This document shows, one piece after another, positions 12,401 through 23,149 of a stretch of DNA of 64,000 nt. The stretch is from Psammoneis japonica (Eukaryota). Position numbers and translations under genes: made by a program. Below the pieces are notes generated by a model. The model searched no databases, was not told the origin of the DNA, and saw nothing but the letters and a program-made list of their open reading frames with translations. Numbering within the stretch: position 1 is the first letter of the stretch; the number at the start of each line of letters is the position of its first letter. The stretch covers positions 1 to 64,000 of the forward strand of contig QPGO01000276.1 of NCBI GenBank assembly GCA_008632985.1, given 5' to 3'.

Positions 12401-15400
12401 CAAGCGAGCCTAGCAAAGCTCCTTCAGACGCTCCTTCGAATTCGCCCTCCAACGTTCCGAGTAACATCCCCACCGGTGTCCCGTCTATGATGCCATCCGA
12501 CAGTCCAAGTTCAACCCCGAGTGAGGCTCCATCGCTGGTTCCCAGTATTTCGCCGTCCCAAGCTCCTTCATCACCTTCAGCGACACCTTCTATCATTTCA
12601 TCAACTGTACCAAGTATGTTTCCGTCTATTCAACCTTCACTTGAGTCTTCCAGTGCTCCAACAGGTGGTCCGACTCAGATACCCTCGAGAATGCCATCCG
12701 ACAGTCCTAGTTCTGTCCCCTCCGTTATGCCTTCTACCTTTCCGAGCAGAGAGCCAAGCTCGCTTCCAACCTCATCCCCAAGCACTACTCCGTTCAAAAC
12801 ACCATCGGAAGCTCCCTCTCAAGCTCCTTCGTCGCACCCAAGCAGTTTACCGTCAAGCTCGCCAACAGTGAAACCAAATGCTTCGGTGATATTTCAGATC
12901 ACAACGAACGGCACTGAAAACGCAATAATCAAAGTCGGCGAAACAATAAATTCAACCTACACCATCACCAACGACGGTAATGTTGCTCTATCGAACATTA
13001 ATCTCACCGACACCCGTGGTATTACTCCCACTTATATTTCTGGAGACATCAACAATGATGGAGTGATAGACGAAAATGAAACGTGGGCTTTCGAAGCAAT
13101 AGAAGTTGCCCAGCTTGGACCGCAGACAATCACCGGGCGTGACTGCAGACATTAACGGACAGAACTTCACTTCTAAATATTCAACTTCATACTTGGGAGG
13201 GGCTCCATCGCTAAGCGTTGAGCTGTTGACGAATGACGAGGGAAATCCAAAAGTGAGAGTTGGTGATCCAATCAACACAACATATACCGTGACCAACACA
13301 GGGAACGTTCCTTTATCCAACATTGATATTGCGGACAATCGTGGCATGACCCCAACGTTGCTTTCCGGGGATACAAACAGTAACGGAGAGCTTGATGAGG
13401 GAGAAACGTGGGTATTCCAGGCAATCGAAATCGCCCAGTCTGGATCTCAAAACATTACAGGAACGGTCAAGGCCGAGTTAAACGGGGAGATTTTCGAGAC
13501 ACAGTATTCAACGTCCTACGTTGGAGGGTCTCCGTCACTCAAGCTCACCCTGTTGACAAATGGTTTGAATGAAGCAGGGCCGATTCCTACTGGCACGGAC
13601 TTAGTTTGGATTTTTCTAGAGTGGACAATGTCGGAGACGTGCCACTTTCCAACATTACTGCCTTTGACAATAAGGGGGCGACGCCAAATCGAATCCAAGG
13701 CGACGTCAACAAAAATGATTTGCTCGACCTTGATGAACAGTGGGTATTCGTACAGCCCGGCATAGCTAAACAGGGTCAGTTTAACAACACGGGATTTGCG
13801 TCGGGTCTTTTTGGTAACGTGGTCGTTAATGACGAGGACTCGAGCTCTTACCAAGGAATTGGGACCGAGGCACCGACAGCTGCTCCCACGACCGCTCCGC
13901 CCACAATTTCGCCATCACGGCTGCCTACTACGGGTGAGCCAACGCCTCTTCCCACGTTAGATCCCGATCCATCAGTGGCTATCCAAGCGATCGCAAACGG
14001 CTTTGATATCCTGGTTATTAGCCAAGGTGAGACAATTACATGGACTTATCGAATCGCCAACACTGGCAACGTTGCCTTGTCCAATGTTGTCGTTACTGGA
14101 GGCTCGGATTCCTCCAATCTTGTACTGGGATCTGGCGATTTAAACGGCAATAATGAACTCGATGCAGATGAAACTTGGGTATATGAAACCGCTGGAGATG
14201 CCGAAATCGGTTTGTTTAGTGTCGTGGGAAAGGTTTCTGCAGAATACAATGGCGTATCCATTTCTGCGGTCGACTCGAGTCTGTACTACGGAATAACGCC
14301 AGAACCAGAAATCGGTATTGAAGAGGAAGCCAACAATGCTCTCAATGTTACAACCTATACAATCACAAACAATGGAGATACGCCACTGTCGGATTTACAA
14401 TTCACCCCAAAGCAAGGCGTGGGACCACCGCAATTGATATCGGGAGACCTTAATTTCAATGGTGAACTTGATGAGGGTGAGACTTGGGTATACGAGGCTG
14501 CAGGCATTGCCAGTGATGAGGAAGCGCCGGTTCTTGTAACGGCCAGCAATGGAAGCGGCACGCCAATCACAGCGGTTCCTCCTTCATATATACCCGATCC
14601 TCCGCCGCCACAGAATGCGGCGGTGGAAATAACCACCGTCATTAACGGAGATGATGGCTTGATTGTTCCCGTTGGAGAAGAGCTGATCTTTGAGTATTAC
14701 GTATTTAATTCGGGTGATGCCCCTTTGGCCGACGTCACCGTCAGCGAGTTGAAGGCCGGTGTAATCCTGTCTTGAGAAATCCTGACTTGCCAGGTGACAA
14801 GAGTAGCACTGCGGTGTTGGAACCAGGTGCAACCTTTATCTATCAAGCCACTACGATTGCTAGATCGGGTCTGCAAGAAAGCATTGGTGTTGTCACGGCC
14901 ACTTACAACGACAGGATGGTGTCCGATCAAGACCTTAGTTCGTATGTTGGTGCTGTTGGAGGAGCAGAACAAGGTTGTCGACCAAGCATTTGGAGTCAAC
15001 CGAAAAGGAATTGGCAGCGTTATCGCAAACGCGACATGTTTGACAATGTGTTTGGAGTGAGGGCCTTTCCTCGAAAGAGCCTTTTCTTTGTGCTGAGGCA
15101 AGGCGGATCAGGCGCAAAGGAGGCTCTTGGCCGACAGGCTGTCGCTGCGCTTCTGAATGCAGCCAATCGAAAGGTTGCATATGGACTATCCGCCAACAAC
15201 GTCATTCGCTTTGTCAAGCAAGCGTATGAAACCCGCAACTATCAGGAGGCAAAACTGTTGTTACAGCGCCTCAACAAGCGGACGTGTCCGTCTCTTGGAA
15301 GAACTCCTACTCCACGCAATAACTCCTACTCCCGGCGTCCAACTCCACGCAATAACTCCTACTCCTGGCGTCCAATTCCACGCAATACCAACTCCCAGCG

Positions 15401-15479
15401 TCCAACTCCACGCTATCGCAGAACCAGGCGACCGCGAAACAACAGCCGTTCCAAAGGAGGTGGTCGCCTTGGATGGTGA
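6433..15479 (+). CDS. Giant secreted mucin/adhesin-like protein (~3,000 aa): signal peptide, Trp-rich N-domain, Pro/Ser/Thr repeats, six DUF11/DUF7507-like repeats, basic C-domain; five apparent frameshifts
   Basis: ORFs 6433-7932, 7589-10678, 10378-13155, 13106-13765, 13606-14775 and 14772-15479 join by small indels near 7655, 10342, 13135, 13615 and 14770. N-terminus MWLTLALVAIVLVIPASG. Repeated motif YTITNxGNVxLSN...GDxNxNGxLDxxETWxF/Y. Confidence 0.8.
8459..12102 (+). repeat. Coding tandem repeat, ~3.2 near-identical copies of a 1152-bp (384-aa) unit
   Basis: The unit start gagcc(t/c)agc recurs at 8459, 9611, 10762 and 11914 (periods 1152, 1151, 1152). The 1151 period coincides with the frameshift near 10342. 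Confidence 0.95.
15304..15413 (+). repeat. Short coding repeat (PTPRNNSYSR-like, ~4 units)
   Basis: ccaactccacgcaataactcctactcc-type units near the C-terminus of the giant protein. Confidence 0.8.
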
Positions 15480-16030
15480 TTGATACTTTTCCTCAAAGAC
15501 GAGTCAACTGCTTGCGCTGTGCCAAACCAAAACTCCAAAGACATCCTCCAAAGCCTACATTAAGTCCCATGCTCTTCAATAGAATTTTGTTATAGTAATG
15601 CAAGGACACAGAGTTTCCAATCGCGATCTTTTTTTTCTGTTTATGCCTTGTCGCGACGACACTAATAGTCGTGAAAATCGACCGGCCTGACAAACGAAAC
15701 AGATGAGCACCCCAAAGAACAAATCCTCATATAGGATGGGGGGCACATGCAGCATATTATGGTGTGTCGACTTTGTTCGCGACGACGTGTCGAACGCCAT
15801 TGTCTGCAGTCCGTACTACACCAAATACTCCTAACTCCTAATTGTGATGCAGACTTCAGGATAAGACGTTACGGTGCGTGTTTGCTTGGAGGGGCGGGGC
15901 GGGCGGGCAGAGGTGCATAAATTGTCTGGTGTCGTTCGCACAGAGGCGTTCGCACGCACACGCGCTTTGATTCATGCACCTCGGGGGGGGGGATTACTTT
16001 CTAGTTATTCTCGCTCAAAGCTCAAAGCTA

Positions 16031-16618
16031 TAAACCCTTTCAGTTTTCAGAAAAAGGCCAAACCACAGCATGCCGTACATAAAATACGTAGAATTCTACG
16101 TCAACACTTTACCGTGTTGTAAATCAAAATCACGTGGTGAAAGCACGGTGAAAAGATTGAGGGGTGGAGAACGTCCACATGAGCAATGCAAGCGGTTTAA
16201 CGTTAGACAACTGTTGCTCGACACATGAAAAGATTATGTAACTCGAAACTTTCGCTGGTAGAGATGTTAAATCAAAAATTTAAGACAGTCCTTGTTTCAC
16301 CACGGTGAAGTGCGGTGAATCGCTCGCCAAATTGCCGCGCAAATCGCTGGCAATTAACTGGAGATACTTTGTGAGGCTCTAAATGACTTACAAAGTAGAT
16401 TCCTTCGGTAGACGATCATTGTGCATTGTCAAGTATGTCCATTCAATCATTTTGTGTGGTCAAGATGCGCCCCAGCGTCAAACAGGGCAGACAGTGGGTT
16501 GTCTCTTTCCTTCGTGCTTTCGCCGTGGTTTCCATTTTTTAACACGGTGAAGTGCGCACTTAATTTTGTACCAAGCGCTACAGCATGCTGTGGTTTTGCT
16601 GACTGAAAGGGTTTGTGG
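16031..16618. mobile_element. Putative MITE/foldback element with ~110-bp imperfect inverted repeats
   Basis: 16031-16150 (aaaccctttcagt..aaaccacagcatgc..caCTTtACCGTGTT..gaaagcacg) matches the reverse complement of about 16510-16618. No TSD identified. Confidence 0.5.
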
Positions 16619-16863
16619 ATTCTTGATTCTTCCATGGAGCTGCTGGAAAAAACGTCTTGCATCGTTTCGTGCGTGAAAAACATGAGCAGACGACGACTGC
16701 ATGTCACCGCACCGGCACACATGCCGACGAAGCACAAGCCGAAGATTGAGCCGAGTTGTGTGTTTCACACGAACAGCTAGTTGTGCTAAGACCATTGTCT
16801 AAAGCAGCATTTTCTCATGCCAGTCAGTTGCCAATGACCCCAAATCCTAATCTGTGCATCGAG

Positions 16864-18033
16864 TCAAATGCATGTGCATCCTGTCCGCCAACATGAAAGC
16901 TCCCAATTGTCACCAATGAGTCCAAGGCCATCACCCAAAGCATCAATCAACTTGACTTTTGGATTCTCCACAGCGCAGCATGTCAAATCTTCCGACTTGA
17001 GGTCCACACAAATGATCCTGGACCCATCGCGCCCACCCAACAAATGCACCTTGTTGATTTTCCTAGAGACCTGGATTGGCAAGGGAGTGACAGCTGTGGA
17101 AGACAGGACCTCAGAGTCAGACTGTCTCATTGAAGCCAGCTCATCCAAAAGAGCTTCAAGGCACTTGCACACGTCGCGCAGTTCATTGTCGCCATCGTGG
17201 CCGCCCCCTTCAGCAGAAGCTTCAGAAAGGAGAACTGCATGGAGAGCATCCATGTCCATGGAGTGCTGAGGCCATTGAGAGACGCAACTGAGCATCATTT
17301 CATTGCCCACAATGGACAGCTGGATGCCAGAAAGGTCCGTGGTGCAAACACCAGATGGAGCCGCAATGAGCAACACGACGTGATTGGTCTTGGTGACCGA
17401 GTCCTTGCAAGTGGCTTGCAAGACCATGGGCTTGAAGCTCTTCCAACCTCCTCCTTGCCCACCACCACGTCCTTCCACCATGAGAGCAACACCAGCTCCA
17501 TTCATGATGCCAGTGGCATCATTGTTGTTGGCAGCAGTTGGAGCTGATGTGTTCGTCCAACGAGTGCTGTCAAGGCCGCCCGAGAACAGCTGCTCGTCGT
17601 CGGAATCATCAGTGTCTGGTGATGAGAACAACAACAATGTGCGCAGCGCACGGTCAAAATGAAAATGCAAGTGTCAGCAATGATGTGACGTCACTTCCAA
17701 TTGTTGCACATGCACGCAGGAACACAATCAATGATCAAAACTCACCGTCAGGGTTCTCATTGTTGGCATTCATCGCATGACGAAGATTGAACCCAGTTTT
17801 GTCTTTGAGCCTGTTCAAGCCAGTGCGGAATCTGTCCAGTGGATGGCGCATGAACTCTGCGCGCATCTGCTGGATCTCATTTGGCATCGCGCCAGGGCTG
17901 ATCTTGCCCTCCATGTCAACATCTCCTTCAGGACTTTGCAGGCGGCGGATCCCTTGCGCCATTGTGGACGAACAAGGGGACCGGCGGCCTCCGTGTCAAG
18001 AATCGATTTGGTTCGTTGACTGAGTTTGGGCAT
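16864..18033 (-). pseudogene. Hypothetical two-exon gene, frameshifted and Tyr-less; possibly a transposon accessory ORF
   Basis: ATG at 18033, frameshift near 17910, GTGAG..CAG intron at 17745-17616 that joins ORFs 17735-17962 and 16864-17670 in frame. Family not recognised with certainty. Confidence 0.45.
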
Positions 18034-18276
18034 GTTGTTTTTTTTGTTTTCTCTTTTTTATGACAGGATTGATGGTGCAAAATCGAGAGGCGTCAAGATC
18101 CATGCTGGCATTGACGGTCAGCAACAAGAACCCCATTTTTGAATGGGTCATGGCCAACCCACCTCACTGCTTTCCGCGGGATGCTGCTCTTTTCAAATCT
18201 GAAAAACCCCAACCATCAAAATGAGATTTGAGAGAATCCCAACCGCCAAAAGTGAGAAAGGGCCTCTTGACATTGT

Positions 18277-18295
18277 GGGGGGGGGGGGGGGGGGG
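18277..18295 (+). repeat. Poly-G run (~19 nt)
   Basis: Directly visible. Confidence 0.9.
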
Positions 18296-18395
18296 CAGAT
18301 TCCCTCAAGAGCACACAACATGTCTCACTGGCCTTGTCAAAGCCTTTCATGAAATGATGCGGAGAAGAAGCGATTCTCTTTGAGGACCTGCGTTA

Positions 18396-20243
18396 GTGAC
18401 AAGATGTGATGGCCTCTTGTTTTCACAGACAATGGTGCTGAAGAATGGCGGGAAGTCAGATGATGACACAAACAACGGAGCCGACGAGTCAGATGGGGAA
18501 AATGCAGGGGACTGGAGAGATTTTCGTGCAAAACTTGCAGTGCAAGAAAAGAGCTCCACAGAAAACAAAAACACGGTCACCTCAGATAGCCCAAAGCAAT
18601 GGGCGCATGAATCTGGTCCTGTCATTGAGGCTGGATCCATTGTGCTCAGCAAGCCTGATCCAGTCTTTGGGCATGGTCTTCGACAGCAATGTTTTCACAA
18701 ATCCACGATTTTAGTTCTAAAGCACGAAGAAAACTTCTTCACACGAGCCATCCTTTTGAATTGACCTTCGGATCTGATTCTTGACAATGAATGGTGGGTG
18801 TGGTTCGGTGGCGATGTGCAGGGAATGAGATCAGACGACATTGAAATTGTTTGCTTGCACTCTCTGTCATCCAAGGCAGCTGAGGAAGTGTCGACTTTGG
18901 CAATGAAAGACATCAAGGAGAGGCTTTCCATTGAATGACTGTCGACCCTCTTGAGATGCGGTCTTCCCTCCTTGGCTCACTTGTGCTGCTTTGTTGATTT
19001 CGAGCAGCACACAACGTTTGAGAATGCAAAGGATCTAGTGAAAACTGGTGAGGCTGTTCCTTCAGATTTCTGGTTGTTCGCTGGCTGCTGCGGCTGGAGG
19101 GGAGGCCAGCTTCTTGAAGAACTGGCGCGAGACTCATGGATCATGATTTCGACAGATTCTGGAACGGTCTTGAATGAACTCACAAAACGAAACAACACAG
19201 ACATTGATCCACGTAAAGCAGGCATGGACACGTGGGAGTTTCTAATGGATTTAGTTGGACGAGATCATGCATCAACGGAAAGGTCTAGTTTTGATGATTT
19301 GATGCTGCTAGAGTGGGCCAGGGATCGTCTCGTCTTCAAAGCGTCGGGTTCAGAGAAGACGTCAAGCTTCATTGGTGGGAGGTTGAGTCGTGTTCTTGAA
19401 GGTCTTGTTGATGCTTCTGTTGACCGAGCAATTAGTGACACGAAGATTCAACCCGGATGTCTTTTTCGTGGGTCTTCCAGCAGCCAATCGCCATTTCTCT
19501 TGGCGGATCAAGATGTGCACAAGTGCATTGTTCTGGTTGCAAGTGATGATGATCAGTTCACAACGGGCGTGCACCTAAACCACCCAACATCAAAAGTGAT
19601 TGACTTGCCAGTTATCGTGCAGGGACTGAACCATTCACTCCCGGTTCCCTTTGTTCAAAAGCATGGCGGTAAATGTGAAGTAAGCGGCGAGAGCATCCGG
19701 CCGATTCTTTGGCTGCACTGCAGCCAGACACTACGAGATGCTCAAGTCGGAGTGCCTTTTCTACCATCCGAAGAGGGCATTTGGGAATGCAGTGCCGAGG
19801 AGGTTGCAAGCGCAATCGGCACAGGCATGGCTCTGCCACGAGATTTCATGGCATTGAGTGGCGGCTGCATTTGGGAAAAGACTGGTGGTGGAAGTGCGGG
19901 TGGGCTGAGAGGACAAGTGTGGGACGGTAAGTTTGAGCCTGTTTCGTTGAAACAAACTCAGGAAATCTGGGATGCTTTGAAATCACAAGATCTACTGTCG
20001 ACTACAAATGTCGATAAGAGCATCGAAATCAGCAGAGCAGCGTGGGAGATTGCTGGGCAAGACGTGAACAAGAAAGACAGCGACTCCAGCGAGGGAAATG
20101 ATGACAACAGGATCGTTTTCAGCAGCAACGTGAGAGTGTCAGATCTTGCGGACGCTGTTTTGCGACGATGGGTGGCAACATACGTTTTGAAAGCACCGAA
20201 TCTACCTGGCGGTGAGCTACCTGGGGTGGAAGGAAGGTTGTGA
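18396..20243 (+). pseudogene. AlgH/YqgE (DUF179)-like protein with two domains, hypermutated
   Basis: DWRDFRAKL, QQCFHKS.ILVL, ILLN*P (expected LNRP; TGA at 18762-18764 is consistent with CGA->TGA), WFGGDV, FAGCCGW (family GYxGW), GVHLNHP. Only one Tyr in the 430-aa ORF, at its far 3' end. 5' end uncertain; probable intron near 18.92-19.0 kb. Confidence 0.75.
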
Positions 20244-20799
20244 ACATCAGACTCATCTCCTCGCAACACTCGCTGCTGAGGTGTGAGACGCAAAGCAGAA
20301 CAACAGGGCCCTGCGTTGGGGCATTGAATCGACTTCCAGCGTGGGCTCAATAAGAATGACTCGACGATTGGAAAAAGCCTTCGATTCCATCGGGTTTGAC
20401 TGAGACAAGCAGCCTCGCGGGTTTGCTCCTTATGACTACCAAGCTTGGTGTGATAAGTTTGGAAAGCTCGCTCAAAGCTGTCCAACGTCGTCGCGCCCTC
20501 TGTCGCGGGCCGCAGAAGTATGAGCAGGACCCGTCACGGTGGTGGGAGTGTCACAGCGGTATGCCACCGTATAGGGGACATAAAAATACGTGTACGATTG
20601 TACTACAACAAGGCTCGACTGGTAACACCAAACCAGCCACTTTTACGGAGAGAGCAACTGTGAATTGCAAATGATCGCGACCATAATAAACACGAGCATT
20701 CCGATTGCCAGTTGTCCCATGGAGAGAATGGTATCGGGTACCGCTCTTGTCATGAATCCAATAGAACATGATGACAGGGTGGGGGCTCAAATTACATTG

Positions 20800-22806
20800 C
20801 TACTCAATAAAATCAATCTCTTGAAGAAGTACCTCTTCAGCAACATCTTCGAGGCGTATCAAAGCATCAGTGCGTTTAAGCGAGTCTTCCTCTTCAAATA
20901 TTGATCGACCGGCAATACTTGTCAGGTCATAGTCAAAAGGGGCCTGTCCGGCTTCCTCGAGTCCTCCAAACTTGTTAGCGTTCTCGAACAGAGATGCTTC
21001 AAATAGGTCATCTACGGCATCTTGTAACTCCACCTCATCGGGAAACGCATCAGTTACTGCACCACCGCCAACAACTGGGCCATTAAGGCCCGTGTTATTC
21101 CATACGAAAGCGTCTTCTATGGCATTACCGGCAAGTGCACGCCTACGGGCTGCCGCTACTTGATCCGCTTTCAAATCAAAATTGGTATCCTTGTAAATGT
21201 CTCCTTTCACTGCTGTTGCTTCCTGTAGTTCCAGCGTGGCCTTAAACCCTTCGTTTAGGACTTCCAGGTCAGCCCCTTGGGAGACATCTTGGGCTTCTCT
21301 GTAGATAGCAACATCTCTTGACCAGAAAGCATTTTTCTGCTTCACTGGAATGACTTCTTTAAGCCTGAATGTTACTGTTCCAGCAATCCAGATACATGCA
21401 ATATTTACAAGGGTAAGGAAAAAGGATATCGTTCCCTTTTCTGCGTAATTTGTGTCATCACCTTCGTTTCTATCATACCGGTCACTCCGTAGCATGAGAT
21501 CGTAGACCCAGCATATACCAGCATTCACAGATGGAGGAAGTAACGAAAGAGATATAGCTGCACCAACCATTCCACTGCTGTTCTTCCCAAGAGTACTGAG
21601 AGCAACGGCGATTCCAGAAGGAATGGCGACCCATATTCCAGCGACCAATCCAGTGAGGTCACCTCTACTTACCATTTCTTCACTTGGCCAATCACGCCGC
21701 TTTGGATTTCCTGTAACTGTGGTTACAATACCGCCAATTATACCAACAACAATGCATATCACAAGTGACACCACTTCATTGCGCAACGACCTGACAATCA
21801 ATGGTTTGTTCTTGATTGTTGTGAAAAATGTGATTCCTAATACCGGACCCATGATCGGAGAGACAAGCATGGAAGCAACAACTGTAGTACTACTGTCAGT
21901 CACCAGTCCAGATGCTGCTATAAAAGAAGCACACAAGACAAACGCCAGGTAGTCAAGCGTAAAGGCAGCCCCAGCTGAGATCTCCTCGACAACCTGCGCG
22001 ACACGAACTCTGGATGCAGTGTCTCGCCACTCCTTGCGTGCTCTCACGACACATTCAGCCAGTTCCTTTTTCCGCTCTTGAGTAAGAAATGGAACTTGAA
22101 CGCTGTCAGGAATGACGGTTACGAATGTTGCGTCTTTCTTCTTCGCGTCGATCTCTTCCTTGTCACTTTTCACGGAGCTTACACTGCTCCCCTCATCATT
22201 GTCTTGTTTCTTTGACTCGTCTTCAACAGTGAGCATACTTTCTTCTACAGTTGCTATTGTTTTGGATTCAGCTTTTGATTCAACTTCAACGGTCGAATGA
22301 TCGGAAACCCCCATTGCAGGTGTCATTGTAGGAAGCGAAATCTCTTTGGTGGGGCCTGCAAGTGCCGGAGGACACAAAGCGGTTTCTAGTGGGGAAACAA
22401 AGCACAAACCAACAGTGTTCCCGACTCCTATGTGTTCACAACGTGACATTATGATTGGAACCGCAGCTGCGCAAACTAGAATAGGAACAAAAACAGTTCT
22501 AGGACCGACCAAGAAACTCACGGCCTCGTAGGGGATGACTTCTTCTCGAATGAGACGATTGATCATTTTCACCAAGAGCGATTGCATTTTCACTCTGGTC
22601 AGCTTTGACGTTTGTAAGGTGCGCGCAGTTGGCTCTGTATTGGCTAAGTATTCCTTCCAAACATCATTCACATCTGTTGTGCTACTGACGGAAACTACAA
22701 CAGGTGAAGTTACAGTCACGACATATTTCGGAGTCGGGAACACCTTTTCTGGTGCCTTTGACGGGATCAATGGATCTTCAACATCTTCTTTTCCTTGATT
22801 TTTCAT
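20800..22806 (-). CDS. DUF389 (TIGR00341-like) multi-pass membrane protein
   Basis: Intact ORF, first ATG at 22806. FTLDYLAFVLCASFIAASGLVTDSSTTVVASMLVSPIMGP, EMVSRG and GAAISLSLLPPSVNAG motifs. Normal composition. Confidence 0.85.
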   Translation of the reverse strand: MKNQGKEDVEDPLIPSKAPEKVFPTPKYVVTVTSPVVVSVSSTTDVNDVWKEYLANTEPTARTLQTSKLTRVKMQSLLVKMINRLIREEVIPYEAVSFLVGPRTVFVPILVCAAAVPIIMSRCEHIGVGNTVGLCFVSPLETALCPPALAGPTKEISLPTMTPAMGVSDHSTVEVESKAESKTIATVEESMLTVEDESKKQDNDEGSSVSSVKSDKEEIDAKKKDATFVTVIPDSVQVPFLTQERKKELAECVVRARKEWRDTASRVRVAQVVEEISAGAAFTLDYLAFVLCASFIAASGLVTDSSTTVVASMLVSPIMGPVLGITFFTTIKNKPLIVRSLRNEVVSLVICIVVGIIGGIVTTVTGNPKRRDWPSEEMVSRGDLTGLVAGIWVAIPSGIAVALSTLGKNSSGMVGAAISLSLLPPSVNAGICWVYDLMLRSDRYDRNEGDDTNYAEKGTISFFLTLVNIACIWIAGTVTFRLKEVIPVKQKNAFWSRDVAIYREAQDVSQGADLEVLNEGFKATLELQEATAVKGDIYKDTNFDLKADQVAAARRRALAGNAIEDAFVWNNTGLNGPVVGGGAVTDAFPDEVELQDAVDDLFEASLFENANKFGGLEEAGQAPFDYDLTSIAGRSIFEEEDSLKRTDALIRLEDVAEEVLLQEIDFIE

Positions 22807-23149
22807 GTTCAAGAATAATTGGATGGTATTCAACGTTGCCTCTTGCCTTGTCTAGCAATGAGAGTAGACTAGACCATGCGGCACATGCCGCTTACTGCAG
22901 AGGGCCCTTCCGATGAATTTGTGAGCGAAAGGGCAACAAAACTGAAAATAATGGTCTCAAGATTCGCATGTTTTCATCAAATATATACTATATATGTATG
23001 AATGTTATTGATCTTCCGTTCAACGGAAATAATTCGAAAGCGATGCGCAGTTCAACTTTTGAAAAAAAATGCACAAGCACCACAGATGCCTTTTTTTGTA
23101 GAAACGCATCCAACAAAAAGCAGGACCAAGCACTGCAGTGTGCAGCATG

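Larger units (their letters stand above)
16620..20100. other. TpA-depleted domain 2 (CpG largely retained)
   Basis: TA nearly absent in 16.87-18.3 kb and sparse to about 20.1 kb, while CG remains frequent. Confidence 0.8.

Noticed and set aside
7822..12596. Minus-strand Gly-rich ORFs (DGxxEG..LG)
   Set aside because: Antisense shadows of the Pro/Ser repeat coding strand.
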